DNA of 64,000 nt from an uncultured Gammaproteobacteria bacterium (GCA_937998645.1 CALLCZ010000032.1:5593-69592); one strand, 5' to 3'; counted from the stretch's first letter, positions 1 to 10,356 are shown. The notes: generated by a model from the sequence alone, not told the origin. Numbers and translations: made by a program.

Positions 1-399
1 GCAGTACTGGCGCAGAACCCGAACAAACTGCTGGCCTATAACTGTTCCCCAAGTTTCAACTGGCAGAAGAACCTCGATGACAAGACCATCGCCGGGTTCC
101 AGGACAAGCTGAGCGAATTCGGTTACAAGTACCAGTTCATCACGCTGGCGGGTATCCATAATATGTGGTTCAACATGTTCGACCTGGCGCACGAATACGC
201 GCAGGGTGAAGGCATGAAGCACTACGTCGAGAAAGTACAGGCACCGGAGTTCGCCGCGCGTGATAAAGGTTACTCTTTCGTTTCCCACCAACAGGAGGTC
301 GGTGCGGGATATTTCGATGACATCACGACCGTGGTCCAGGGCGGGGCATCCTCAGTCACCGCATTGCAGGGTTCTACCGAAGAGGCCCAGTTCGGTTAA
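1..399 (+). CDS. aceA: isocitrate lyase, C-terminal part (5' end lies outside the window)
   Basis: Frame-1 translation from nt 1 (AVLAQNPNKLLAYNCSPSFNWQKNLDD...KHYVEKVQAPEFAARDKGYSFVSHQQEVGAGYFDDITTVVQGGASSVTALQGSTEEAQFG) matches the conserved C-terminus of isocitrate lyase. Confidence 0.85.
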   Translation, partial: AVLAQNPNKLLAYNCSPSFNWQKNLDDKTIAGFQDKLSEFGYKYQFITLAGIHNMWFNMFDLAHEYAQGEGMKHYVEKVQAPEFAARDKGYSFVSHQQEVGAGYFDDITTVVQGGASSVTALQGSTEEAQFG

Positions 400-443
400 G
401 CGTTACAGTACGGCCCTCCAAAGACATAGTTGCAAGAGGAGAA

Positions 444-956
444 ATGACACAACAGCAGTACAAGACGGCGGATCTCTACGATGAACATGGCGAAGACCTG
501 GCTATCTGCGAGCCGGTGTTCAGGGATTACGGCGGAAACGCCAGTTTCCATGGTCGCATCCACACCCTGAAGTGCTTCGAGGACAACTCCCTGGTGCGAC
601 AGGCCCTGGAACAGCCGGTGCAGGGTGATGTGCTGGTGGTTGATGCCGGCGGGTCGCTGCGATGTGCGATGCTCGGCGACCAGCTGGCAACGATCGCTGT
701 CGATAACGGCTGGTCGGGGATCGTCATGTACGGATGTATCCGTGACAGTGCAGATATCGCGAACATGTCGGTAGGCGTCAAGGCATTGGCCACGCACCCT
801 GCGAAGAGCAAAAAACAGGGGGTGGGGGAGAAGGATATACCCGTCACGTTCTGCGGTGTTCGCTTCACACCCGGAGGCTACCTCTACGCGGACAGCGACG
901 GCATCGTCGTCAGCGACTCGGGCCTGAAATCTAACATTGGTTTGGAGATGCGTTGA
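444..956 (+). CDS. rraA: RraA family protein (regulator of RNase E activity A / demethylmenaquinone-methyltransferase-like fold)
   Basis: 170 aa. It is collinear with E. coli RraA across the whole length (KCFEDN, VLVVDGGGS, YADxxGI(I/V)xS motifs). Its TGA stop overlaps the pckA ATG (TGATG). Confidence 0.85.
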   Translation: MTQQQYKTADLYDEHGEDLAICEPVFRDYGGNASFHGRIHTLKCFEDNSLVRQALEQPVQGDVLVVDAGGSLRCAMLGDQLATIAVDNGWSGIVMYGCIRDSADIANMSVGVKALATHPAKSKKQGVGEKDIPVTFCGVRFTPGGYLYADSDGIVVSDSGLKSNIGLEMR

Positions 957-2677
957 TGCAGCAAATCGTCGACTATCTGGGGTCACTCGGGATTAGTGCC
1001 CCGGAAGAAATTATCTACAACCCGTCTTACGAACGCCTTCACGAGGATGAATGCCACGAGGGTCTGGAAGGTTTTGAGAAAGGACATGTCTCGACACTGG
1101 GCGCAGTCAATGTGTTCACCGGCAAGTACACCGGCCGGTCCCCGAAAGACAAGTTTATCGTTGAAGATGAGACAACCCGTGAAACGCTCTGGTGGAACGG
1201 CAATGGTGCGGTGAATGACAACAAGCCGATCTCGCAAGAGACCTGGTCTGATTTGAAAAAAATCGTTATCGAGCATTTGTCCGGCCGCAAGCTATATGTG
1301 GTCGATGGCTTTTGCGGCGCAAGCGCGGATACCTGTCTTAGGGTGCGTTTCATCATGGAAGTGGCCTGGCAGGCGCATTTCGTCAAGAACATGTTCATCC
1401 GCCCGTCGGATGAGCAGCTGGAAAATTTTGAACCCGATTTTGTCGTGATTAACGGTTCCAGAACTTCCAATCCGCACTGGGAAGCGCACGGCATGAATTC
1501 GGAGACCTTTGTTGCCTTTAATCTGACCGAGCGAGTACAGCTGATCGGCGGTACCTGGTATGGCGGTGAGATGAAAAAAGGCATGTTCGCCGTAATGAAC
1601 TACCTGCTGCCGTTGCAGGGTATTGCCTCAATGCACTGTTCCGCCAATGTCGGGGAGGATGGCGATGTGGCCATTTTCTTTGGCCTGTCAGGTACAGGCA
1701 AAACAACTCTGTCCGCTGACCCGAAACGTGCCTTGATCGGGGATGATGAGCATGGCTGGGATGACGAGGGAATCTTTAACTTCGAAGGCGGCTGCTATGC
1801 CAAAACCATTGACCTTTGTGCCGTAAGAGAACCGGATATCTATCGTGCCATTCGCAAGGGCGCCTTGCTGGAGAACGTGACCATCGATGAGAATGGTGAA
1901 CTGGATTTTTGCGACCGCTCCCGCACAGAAAATACCCGTGTATCATACCCGATCCACTATATCGATAATATTGTCAAACCGGTATCCAGGGCGGGCCATG
2001 CCGACAAGGTCATATTCCTGACCGCTGACGCATTTGGTGTTCTGCCGCCGGTTTCCTGCCTGGATGAAGAGCAGACCGAGTATTATTTTCTTTCCGGATT
2101 TACCGCCAAGCTGGCGGGTACCGAACGCGGGGTGACTGAACCGACACCAACATTCTCAGCCTGCTTCGGCGCAGCCTTCCTGACATTACATCCAACCACG
2201 TACGCTGAAGTACTGGTCAAGCGCATGCGTGCTTCGCGTGCCAGGGCGTACCTGGTTAATACCGGCTGGAATGGAACCGGAGAAAGGATTTCGATCCATG
2301 ACACCCGTGCCATTATCGACGCCATTCTGGATGATTCCATCGAGAAAGCGGAAATGAAAATTCTGCCGATATTTAATCTCGAGATTCCGATGTCATTGCC
2401 AGGCGTACATGACGAAATCCTGGATCCACGCCAGACGTATGCCGACCCGGCTGAGTGGGAACGAAGGGCGCGTTCATTGTCAGAGCTTTTCATCGATAAT
2501 TTCGGTAAATTTACTGATACTGATGAAGGCAAGAAACTGGTAGCCGCTGGACCTCAGCCAATATCCAGGCCTGCCAGTACCAAAAGGTACCAAAGGGTAT
2601 CAAAACGGGTCGGTTCACGCCCGGAGGCTACCTCTATGCAGACAGCGACGGCATCGTCGTCAGCGACTCCTGATTGA
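956..2677 (+). CDS. pckA: phosphoenolpyruvate carboxykinase (ATP), carrying an unusual C-terminal extension of about 45 aa
   Basis: Strong PckA homology including the kinase-1a motif [11 protein letters not shown]. The ATG at 956 overlaps the rraA stop. Native PckA ends near ...LVAAGPxL; here the reading frame continues into a duplicated copy of the rraA 3' end. Confidence 0.9.
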   Translation: MQQIVDYLGSLGISAPEEIIYNPSYERLHEDECHEGLEGFEKGHVSTLGAVNVFTGKYTGRSPKDKFIVEDETTRETLWWNGNGAVNDNKPISQETWSDLKKIVIEHLSGRKLYVVDGFCGASADTCLRVRFIMEVAWQAHFVKNMFIRPSDEQLENFEPDFVVINGSRTSNPHWEAHGMNSETFVAFNLTERVQLIGGTWYGGEMKKGMFAVMNYLLPLQGIASMHCSANVGEDGDVAIFFGLSGTGKTTLSADPKRALIGDDEHGWDDEGIFNFEGGCYAKTIDLCAVREPDIYRAIRKGALLENVTIDENGELDFCDRSRTENTRVSYPIHYIDNIVKPVSRAGHADKVIFLTADAFGVLPPVSCLDEEQTEYYFLSGFTAKLAGTERGVTEPTPTFSACFGAAFLTLHPTTYAEVLVKRMRASRARAYLVNTGWNGTGERISIHDTRAIIDAILDDSIEKAEMKILPIFNLEIPMSLPGVHDEILDPRQTYADPAEWERRARSLSELFIDNFGKFTDTDEGKKLVAAGPQPISRPASTKRYQRVSKRVGSRPEATSMQTATASSSATPD

Positions 2678-2695
2678 TGCTGCCTGGCTGAGGCC

Positions 2696-3640
2696 CTAGG
2701 AGGCGGGCTTGCGGAAGAGGCGATCCTTGAAGAACTCCGGGTCGATGGTGTCGATGAATGCCTGGCCTTGCGGGCTGATGAATTTACCACGCCGCACGAC
2801 AACACCGTAGGATCTTCTGGGCATGTACTCGTCCATCGGGTACTGGAACAGGTCATCATCGTCGGTGAGGCAGACGCCGGTGACGATGGAGATCCCCATA
2901 TCCAGTGCAACATATTTCTTGATGATCTCCCAGCCGCCTGCTTCCAGCGACACATTGAAAACCAGGCCGTGCTGGTTGAACACCATCTCCAGCATCCTCC
3001 AGGTGGCCAGGTGTCTCGGCGGCAGGATCAGGCCGTATTCACTGATATCTTCCAGGGTGATGCGCTTCTTGTTCGATAAGGGATGGCCTTTTGCGGTGAT
3101 CAGTGTCGAGCTGTAGAAGATCGATGGCCGGTAGAGGATGTCGTCAGGGATCTCCAGCATGGAGCCGACTGCCAGGTCAGCCTGGTCCGCGTGCAGCATG
3201 GCCATCCCGTCCCTGCCGGTAACATTGTGAAGTTTGATCTGGATGCCGGGATAGGCATCAGAGAAGCGCTTGATGTAGTCCGGTAACAGGTAGAGTATGG
3301 TCGACTCGCCGGCTGCGATGTTCAGCTCGCCGCGATCGAGTTTGCCGAAATGAGCATGGAAATTCCCCTCCAGGCCATCGATACCGTCGACCAGTGGTTG
3401 CGCGATCTGCAACAGCACGGCGCCTTCGGGGGTCAGCGATATGTGCCGCCCCCGGCGTTCGAAGACGATGATATCCAGTTCTCTTTCCAGTGCCTGTATC
3501 TGCAAGGTGACCGTGGGTTGGCTCTGGAACAGGGACTCGGCTGCTTTCGAGATGCTTCCGGTTTTGGCTGCCGTGCAGAATGCGCGGAGCTGCTTCAGGC
3601 GATTCTGTTTGTAGTAAACGTCACCGGACTTCTTGCTCAC
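2696..3640 (-). CDS. LysR-family transcriptional regulator (CysB-like architecture)
   Basis: N-terminal HTH (LRAFCTAAKTGSISKAAESLFQSQPTVTLQIQALE) followed by a LysR substrate-binding domain. 314 aa. Confidence 0.8.
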   Translation of the reverse strand: MSKKSGDVYYKQNRLKQLRAFCTAAKTGSISKAAESLFQSQPTVTLQIQALERELDIIVFERRGRHISLTPEGAVLLQIAQPLVDGIDGLEGNFHAHFGKLDRGELNIAAGESTILYLLPDYIKRFSDAYPGIQIKLHNVTGRDGMAMLHADQADLAVGSMLEIPDDILYRPSIFYSSTLITAKGHPLSNKKRITLEDISEYGLILPPRHLATWRMLEMVFNQHGLVFNVSLEAGGWEIIKKYVALDMGISIVTGVCLTDDDDLFQYPMDEYMPRRSYGVVVRRGKFISPQGQAFIDTIDPEFFKDRLFRKPAS

Positions 3641-3707
3641 ATCGACGCCTCAGAGAGTATTTAAAAAACTTATTATAGTTAATATAATTAATTAGATTTA
3701 TTAATAC

Positions 3708-3953
3708 TAGCCCGCATTTCTCACCCGGCGGCGTAGGATTCTGATAAGGCATTGGTCTCTTTGAAGAAAACCCGGGTGATCAAAATACAGTGTGTTTTTC
3801 AAGCATGCCTATCACGGTTCAGGCTGGTCGTCGCGTCCGCAAGCTTGCTCTTCACTCAAACCGTAGCTATTGCTACGCTTTTCGCTCCAGAGCGGTGCTT
3901 ACGAACACGAATCCTGCGCCTGCTCCCGTGATCCTGGTGGGAAATGCGGGCTA
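3708..3953. mobile_element. MITE-like small element with roughly 18–40 bp imperfect terminal inverted repeats (CTAGCCCGCATTTCTCACC ... GGTGGGAAATGCGGGCTAG)
   Basis: Seen directly: the 18-mer at 3708 and its reverse complement at about 3936, with 1 mismatch. There are nested inner inverted repeats (GGCGTAGGATTC / GAATCCTGCGCC). It carries no ORF and lies between divergent genes. Confidence 0.4.
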
Positions 3954-4024
3954 GCTGAATGGCGGTAAGCCATATAGCTGCTTACGAAGAAAAGTACCCA
4001 TCTAATGCAGTACAGGTCTTTGCC

Positions 4025-4429
4025 TTAATGTATCTTGTTTAGCAGCTTATCCACGGCCTGGATCAGGTCAGCGCGCTCAAAAGGCTTGGTAAATGTCAGA
4101 TCTGCACCCGCCTGTTTCGCGGCAGACAGATAAGCGGATGTTTTTATTGCTTCGGGTCGATAGGTAAGCAGGTCAACACCACCACCGCCGGAAATGGCAA
4201 TAATTCTGATACCGGGGAATTCCTGGCGAATTTCCTTTATGGTATTTACGCCATCCTTCTCCGGCATAATGATGTCGGTGATAATCAAATCCGCGGGCTC
4301 TCTGCGCTGAAGCTCGATAGCCTCATTGCCATTAGAGGCAATCCTTACCTCGTATCCGGCACTTTCCAATACCAGTTGCATGGCATCCCGGATATCTTCC
4401 TCGTCATCGATAATCAAAATACTGCTCAT
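4025..4429 (-). CDS. single-domain response regulator (CheY-like receiver only)
   Basis: 134 aa. Receiver signature ILIIDDEEDIRD...DLIITDIIMP...TKPF. Confidence 0.8.
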   Translation of the reverse strand: MSSILIIDDEEDIRDAMQLVLESAGYEVRIASNGNEAIELQRREPADLIITDIIMPEKDGVNTIKEIRQEFPGIRIIAISGGGGVDLLTYRPEAIKTSAYLSAAKQAGADLTFTKPFERADLIQAVDKLLNKIH

Positions 4430-4634
4430 AAATATTCTCGTTGATCTCTGGTGTGTTGCACGACTTTTCCAGCATGCGGTTTGTCAGGTTACTATCATAC
4501 CCCATTATTGTTATTTCGAATGCCGTGCTGTGTGTATATGCAAGACATGACTATTGCCTGTTTCGCACAGCTATAGACAAAGTCCGGCTGACCAGACCAG
4601 ACCAGACCAGTCCAGACCGGAGCTGAAGGCAATT

Positions 4635-6125
4635 TTATGACACTTGTTTATCCTTCGGTAAATAGATATGGAATGTGGTTCCTTTCCCGGGCTCGCTTTC
4701 GATTGTTATATCGCCGTTATGGGACATAACAATGCCATGTACCACGGACAGACCCAGGCCGGTCCCTTTACCAACAGTTCGTGTCGTATAGAACGGCTCG
4801 AAGATCCGGTCAAGCCTGCCGCGCTCTATGCCATGCCCGGTATCCTGAATGCTCAGTCTTACATATCTCCCTGCGTGCAGGTTTGGATGGTTCCGGGAGA
4901 GCTGTTCGTCAACAGTAACAGAATCCAGGCTGACTGTAATAGAGCCAGATTCATTATCAAGCGCCTGGTAGGCATTGCTACACAGGTTCATGACTAACTG
5001 GTGAATCTGGTTTCTATCAGCCAATACTATACATTCCCTGGAAGTGGTTTCCATGTGTAACTCTACTGTTGACGGTATCAACGCCCGAAGCAGTTCAAAT
5101 ACTTCCTTAATGACAGGAGTTATATCTATCGGCTTGTATTCCGAAGCCCCGGTCTGCCGGCTAAAGGTCAGAATTTGCTGGACCAGGTCTTTAGCACGCT
5201 TTGAAGACTTCAGTACACGCACGAGGTGCTTATGAGCCGGATTATCTGCAGGTAAGTCGTGAATGGCCTGTTCCGTGTACAGGAAGATAGACAACAGGAT
5301 GTTATTGAACTCGTGGGCAATGCCTCCCGCCAGGACACCGACTGTTTCCAGTTTTTGCGATTGTCGAAGTTTGTCCTCGAGAGACTTTCGTTGTCTGTCA
5401 GCCTCATCTCGCTCGGCAATTTTCTGGGCTAAAGCGGCGTTTGTGCCCACGAGTCTGCTGCGCATGGCCTCGAGGTCTGTCGTTAAGGCTCTGATCTCGG
5501 TAAGCTGACTGTCAACATGCAGTTGATTACCGTGATGTCCATCTGCAATGTTGCGAGAGGCTTTTTGAAGAAGCCTCAAAGGTCGCGTCAGGATTGTGCT
5601 AAGCAGTACAAAAGCAAAGATTGATACGATGAGATATAAGAACAGCACATTTATAAGCCGCTGCCGGGCTGATTCGATCGACTCGATTGTAGGTAGCTCA
5701 TCGAAACCCATTTTTAGCACGGCCTGTTGGCCAGGTATATTAAGAGGCGTGGACAGAAAGTAGATCTGGTCACCATGCTGTCCAAAGCTGTAATCCTCCT
5801 TATACAGGATCTCCCGTTCATTTGATGATAATTCGCTTCGTAGCTGGAAGTCTCCTGCTATCAGTTCGGCAACAATGCCATTACTGCCAAGAAGCGCGCT
5901 ATCCAGTAAATGAGCAGCCCGCGCCCGGTCGTTCAAAATATCACCTGTCTCAATGACGTCGGCTATAAAACGACTGTATTTACGTACATCGTTAATGAAT
6001 CGTTCCTCGTGACTTTGCTCGATAATATTCAGCAGGCCAAAAAACAGCAACGGTAAAAGTACGGCGTGGATTCCCAGTCCGATAAAAATCGTGCGCGTAG
6101 CAAATGAGTTCAGGATTTTTCCCAT
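4635..6125 (-). CDS. sensor histidine kinase (2 TM segments, periplasmic sensor, HisKA + HATPase_c)
   Basis: 496 aa. H-box GIAHEFNN, N box LVMNLCSNAYQA, G boxes DTGHGI and GTGLGLSVV. Confidence 0.85.
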   Translation of the reverse strand: MGKILNSFATRTIFIGLGIHAVLLPLLFFGLLNIIEQSHEERFINDVRKYSRFIADVIETGDILNDRARAAHLLDSALLGSNGIVAELIAGDFQLRSELSSNEREILYKEDYSFGQHGDQIYFLSTPLNIPGQQAVLKMGFDELPTIESIESARQRLINVLFLYLIVSIFAFVLLSTILTRPLRLLQKASRNIADGHHGNQLHVDSQLTEIRALTTDLEAMRSRLVGTNAALAQKIAERDEADRQRKSLEDKLRQSQKLETVGVLAGGIAHEFNNILLSIFLYTEQAIHDLPADNPAHKHLVRVLKSSKRAKDLVQQILTFSRQTGASEYKPIDITPVIKEVFELLRALIPSTVELHMETTSRECIVLADRNQIHQLVMNLCSNAYQALDNESGSITVSLDSVTVDEQLSRNHPNLHAGRYVRLSIQDTGHGIERGRLDRIFEPFYTTRTVGKGTGLGLSVVHGIVMSHNGDITIESEPGKGTTFHIYLPKDKQVS

Positions 6126-6574
6126 AACACTCTGAGTATCTTTATGCCAGGTTCGCCATTCACAATATCCTCCCGCGCATAACTTATGCTGTAAGGATTG
6201 CTCGACAGGGCTTTAACCAAATCCTCAACATTGTCATATTCGGCAATGCGAGGGATGCCTTTTCTTAAAGTCAGAGACAGTTGCCGGCGCTTGTAGGATT
6301 TCTCGGACATGGCGACAACCGTCTGCAGGAAAATATCGTTGAGATCTTCGTCGCTAATATTGCGTAGACCCGTTATGGCCTGCCCATCGCGCTTAACAGT
6401 GAAACCCAGGAAAATTTTTCGTAACTCGAGAGAGTCAATATTATGCAACGGGCTCGTCGAGGCTGCGACCAGAACAACCTGGTGATCGGCTCCGGCGACC
6501 TTGATGCATAGTATAAAGCCTATGCAACAGAGCAGGAGTGCTTTTACCAGGTCCATGGTAAAACAGTGCTCCAC
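6110..6574 (-). CDS. hypothetical periplasmic protein (signal peptide), translationally coupled to the sensor kinase
   Basis: 154 aa with a hydrophobic N-terminus. It overlaps the kinase start by 16 nt. No confident family assignment. Confidence 0.4.
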   Translation of the reverse strand: MEHCFTMDLVKALLLCCIGFILCIKVAGADHQVVLVAASTSPLHNIDSLELRKIFLGFTVKRDGQAITGLRNISDEDLNDIFLQTVVAMSEKSYKRRQLSLTLRKGIPRIAEYDNVEDLVKALSSNPYSISYAREDIVNGEPGIKILRVLWEKS

Positions 6575-7650
6575 TGCAGCATCGCCTGGCCGAATCTGTC
6601 TTGTGAATCAGCTTCGGCAAACTCGATGACGCGTGCGACTTCAAGGGTGAGAGCCTGGGTTCTGGCAAAATCAAACCTAAGGCCGAGTACCTGGCGGTCG
6701 GCTATGGTGTTGGGAAAGAGTGTGAGATAGAGTGAGTCTTCCGTGTCATTTGATTCTTCCAGACGTCCATACAGTATCCAGTCCTCGTGGAAACTATATT
6801 GGGCCTGTATATAACCGGAGGTAAAGGTGTCTTTTAATGTCTGGGTTTGCAGTTTATCCTGGTTGTTGACATAAATGACTGTGCCTATGACCTTCCAGTT
6901 TGGCCAGTTCCAGTCGAGGTACGCGCCGATTGTATATTGTTCAACGCGTTGCAGCCCGGCCTGTTCTGCTGTTTCGTTTTCATCGATCTCGAGGTCAGCC
7001 CAGCCCATAACAAGTCCGACCTGGTTATCGCCCAGCTGGTCTGGCAAGAAGCCGAGCCGAAGATCCGCGGCAGCGCCATGGTTGGAGTCGGGGTCCAGTA
7101 AATCAACGGGCTGGAGTTGATCCTTGCCAATAGAAGGTCCTGCACCGAACGAAACTGTGGTTTGAAGGCCGGACGAACCTCTGAGTGAACTCATGGTTTC
7201 GAGCATGAGTCCGGTTATGTGGGTTGGCAATACACCCCCATCATCCTCAAATTGTTCAATCAGAGGGCGGCTGATGCTTGTCTGCATATACTGCCCGTGA
7301 TGGTAGGTGGAATTCCAGTAGCGGCTTGGCGAATGAATCCGACCTATCCAGCCGATGGTGTCTGCTTCACGCCAACCGAGTTTAAATCGTTCCAGTTCAC
7401 TTTCGTCAGTAGATAGCAGGTACTCGCCAAGAATTTTGAAACGGCCATTTGTATAGCTGTAGACAATGTCCGCATCTGCAACGAATTCTGATCCTTCCGG
7501 GCCGCTTTCCGGGGAGACTTCATTATAAGCGGGGCCTCCGCTGAGGAATAACAGGAGATCATGCTGCCCTTTGGACAGGGCTTGCGAACTATTGAGCAGT
7601 GCCGTGAGCACAATTGCTGACAGAATCCAGTAGCGCGTATAAAGTGTCAT
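6544..7650 (-). CDS. putative outer-membrane beta-barrel protein (OmpL/BBP2-like) associated with the two-component genes
   Basis: Signal peptide MTLYTRYWILSAIVLTALL. Alternating hydrophobic pattern and a C-terminal aromatic residue (...LPWTW). The start was chosen at Met14 of the track ORF. Confidence 0.45.
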   Translation of the reverse strand: MTLYTRYWILSAIVLTALLNSSQALSKGQHDLLLFLSGGPAYNEVSPESGPEGSEFVADADIVYSYTNGRFKILGEYLLSTDESELERFKLGWREADTIGWIGRIHSPSRYWNSTYHHGQYMQTSISRPLIEQFEDDGGVLPTHITGLMLETMSSLRGSSGLQTTVSFGAGPSIGKDQLQPVDLLDPDSNHGAAADLRLGFLPDQLGDNQVGLVMGWADLEIDENETAEQAGLQRVEQYTIGAYLDWNWPNWKVIGTVIYVNNQDKLQTQTLKDTFTSGYIQAQYSFHEDWILYGRLEESNDTEDSLYLTLFPNTIADRQVLGLRFDFARTQALTLEVARVIEFAEADSQDRFGQAMLQWSTVLPWTW

Positions 7651-8154
7651 ATGATTTGTAGTTTCATGTTCTAGCATGGTTTCAGCCAACTTCTAAAGCC
7701 TTCGATTGAATCTTACCTATACCTATAGCATGAATACCATAGTGTGCTGTTGCCTGCAGATGGTCTTGATTGAGCAGCAGAATATTGCTGATAATCAACA
7801 ATAGCGTATAGCCTGTTGATGTGGCCATGGTGCTGGTTGAGCTTGCCATACCAGACTCGGTGACAGTGAAACAGAGCAGAGATGTCAGGAAGAATAAGAT
7901 GATCATCGCAATGCTCAGCGAAAGCCGGGATTGTGTTGAGGTTTTGTATCTTCTGCGTCCTTGTTATATGCATTCAATACTCATGCCGGTCGCGAGTTGC
8001 GCAAACAATAAAAGCAAGCGGCGCTTATGATCGATGATGACAACTGTAACCTGAGCAGGCAGGAATAAATCAGCAGGTTCAGCTCATTATTGATAGCGAC
8101 ACGGCATGTTCGCAGTCTGTTGAAAAGTGCATACAGCCTGTGCAGTAAGGTATG

Positions 8155-8814
8155 TTAAAAAGCGACCAGGCTGTGTTCAATGGCATAGCTGGTCAACTCC
8201 GATACACTGCGGAAGTTGAGCTTGCCCATAAGGTTGGAGCGATGCTTCTCTATGGTTTTGATACTAAGCGATAAATGAGAGGCTATTTCCCTGTTTTTGT
8301 AACCTTCAGCAACGAGCTTCATGACCTCACGCTCACGTATTGTGAGCCTGCACCAGGATACCGCTGACCTGGCATTCTCCGAATAACCTAGAAAGCCACC
8401 GAGGATCGTATCGCAGACGCCCGGCGTGATATAGACCTGGCCACTTAGAACAGAGCTGATTGCGGCTAACAGAGAGTCGCTTGTGTCATCTTTCAGCACG
8501 TAACCGTTTGCGCCTGCTTCAAAAGCGGCCTGGACGTGGTCATGCGATTTGTGTTCGGTCAGTGCAATGATCTTTATTTCCGGCTGGCGTTGCTTAATGA
8601 TACGTATGGCCTCTGTGCCATTCATAACTGGCATCGTGAGGTCCATCAGAATTAAATCCGGTTTGAGTTCACTGGCTTTTTGTACGGCTCTGCTGCCGTT
8701 TTCCACTTCTCCAATAATTTCAAGATCTGCGGTCTTTGAAAGTAGTGCCCCGAGACCTACACGAAATATGGGAAAGTCATCAACTACAAGTATTTTCAGT
8801 TTGCTCATTTCCAA
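8155..8814 (-). CDS. NarL/FixJ-type response regulator (receiver + LuxR HTH)
   Basis: 219 aa. Receiver ILVVDDFPIFR...DLILMDLTMP, then C-terminal LuxR HTH (LTIREREVMKLVAEGYKNREIASHLSLSIKTIEKHRSNLMGKL). Confidence 0.85.
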   Translation of the reverse strand: MEMSKLKILVVDDFPIFRVGLGALLSKTADLEIIGEVENGSRAVQKASELKPDLILMDLTMPVMNGTEAIRIIKQRQPEIKIIALTEHKSHDHVQAAFEAGANGYVLKDDTSDSLLAAISSVLSGQVYITPGVCDTILGGFLGYSENARSAVSWCRLTIREREVMKLVAEGYKNREIASHLSLSIKTIEKHRSNLMGKLNFRSVSELTSYAIEHSLVAF

Positions 8815-8983
8815 CTCCTTTTTGTGCCATGATAAAAAGAAACCGCTTGATGTTTCGATGCAAGAATAATGCCTGAATATTAATTATCAATTAAATCAGT
8901 AGGATATAAATTGATGGCGCACCTCTTGTGTAAAATATTTCGACACTTGCAGTAGCGATATGCTGATAAATTATGGTATTCAA

Positions 8984-10345
8984 TCAATAGTGGTATTGCA
9001 AATACAGTGTATTGTAGTTACTGCCGCCCTTGATACGGCCAAAGGCTGAAGAGGTTTCAAAAATCGATGAGCGGTGATGCAGGCCGTAGCCAAACCACAG
9101 CTCACGCATTGCATTGGCATTGAACAGGTCACCTATGTTCAGGTCGATACTGACATCAATATAGTTCATCAGATTGCTGGCACGGTAGCCTTTATTATCC
9201 ATTTCCCGTTGTTCCATGTTGGCAATGTCCTTGACGTAAGATACGCCTTCGGCGCCACCCAGACGCCAGCGAATCGGCCATTTCAGGTTCCAGTAGAGTT
9301 TTAAAGCCAGAATATATTCCGTTGTCGGCTGGCTGTCGTAGGTAATACCGCTGTCCGGATCGGTATAGGGATCAGCTTCACGATGGTAGACAAAGCCCGG
9401 CGTAAAATAGACATCCAGCGACTCGACAGTAAACAGGCTGTCTGCAACAGGATGGCCATAGAACACCGATACCATCTGGTTGTTTTGCGGGTCATCCTCG
9501 ACATCCCAGCGGAGCAGGATATCACCCATGTTCGATGGCGTGGCCCAGCCATAGGCGAAACGCCAGTAGGGCTTTGCGTCCAGCGACGGTTTGCGGGCCT
9601 TGCTCTTGTCGTCGAAGAAAGCAACGCCGAGATAGACTTCGCCAAAGGTTTCACGGTCGATTGATGCAGAATTGCGTGTACTGCTATCCAGCAGCGTTGT
9701 CGCCTGGATGCGGCCTAGCAGGTAAAGGTTGCTGATGACGTGGTAGCGCGCTTCAGAGCCGAAGGTCATGTCCCAGCCACTGCCGATGGGGTTGCTGAAG
9801 GTGGTGCCGGGATTGTTGGGATCCTCGAAACCATCGAGACCGTAGTAGCGGTCATTGAACTCCGAGCTTTTCCATCTCAGTCTGGCGTAAGGCAACAGCT
9901 CCCATGAGCCCGAGTCCCAGGCGTACCTGGCATCGATGCTGGCATGCAGGCGTCCTTCGTCATCCGAGAGGAACTCAAGGTTGGACTGCAGCTCGGGGTT
10001 GAAGCGGTACTTGCCCTGCAAACCAAAATCCAGGCCGTTACCGCGTATCTCGTTCTGGTATTCGGCAGGAATGTCGAAAAAGCGGTAGCGGCCGATCAAG
10101 CTGAATTGCCACTCATCCCTGTCATACAGTTTTATGCCACCGGTGTTGCCACGCAGGAACACATACTTGTTATCAAAGAACAGCAGCGGAATGACATCGG
10201 ACACCTGGTCTTCTACCGCCGGGTAGGGGATTCTGGCAATACGAAAGCCCATGGCTATGCCCCAGGGGTCGTACTCGTTCAGGTTGGCCATTGCGGTTGA
10301 TGATATGAGCAGGAGGGCAGCAAAGATGAGTGATTTTTTTAACAT
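8984..10345 (-). CDS. outer-membrane protein, MipA/OmpV-like (long form)
   Basis: 453 aa with signal peptide. The N-terminal region resembles the MipA scaffold, is rich in aromatic beta-strand residues, and ends in an aromatic residue. Confidence 0.5.
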   Translation of the reverse strand: MLKKSLIFAALLLISSTAMANLNEYDPWGIAMGFRIARIPYPAVEDQVSDVIPLLFFDNKYVFLRGNTGGIKLYDRDEWQFSLIGRYRFFDIPAEYQNEIRGNGLDFGLQGKYRFNPELQSNLEFLSDDEGRLHASIDARYAWDSGSWELLPYARLRWKSSEFNDRYYGLDGFEDPNNPGTTFSNPIGSGWDMTFGSEARYHVISNLYLLGRIQATTLLDSSTRNSASIDRETFGEVYLGVAFFDDKSKARKPSLDAKPYWRFAYGWATPSNMGDILLRWDVEDDPQNNQMVSVFYGHPVADSLFTVESLDVYFTPGFVYHREADPYTDPDSGITYDSQPTTEYILALKLYWNLKWPIRWRLGGAEGVSYVKDIANMEQREMDNKGYRASNLMNYIDVSIDLNIGDLFNANAMRELWFGYGLHHRSSIFETSSAFGRIKGGSNYNTLYLQYHY

Positions 10346-10356
10346 TGTGTAATTGA

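Noticed and set aside
2580-2677. C-terminal tail of PckA treated as a separate small gene or as a second rraA copy
   Set aside because: It is a 57-bp duplicate of only the last ~19 codons of rraA, with no start codon of its own. It is read as part of the pckA frame.
7690-8154. 460-bp intergenic region with 69–86-aa ORFs between the OmpL-like gene and the LuxR regulator
   Set aside because: No hairpin density, repeat, or homology supports a gene or RNA. Most likely promoter and leader DNA for the adjacent operons.
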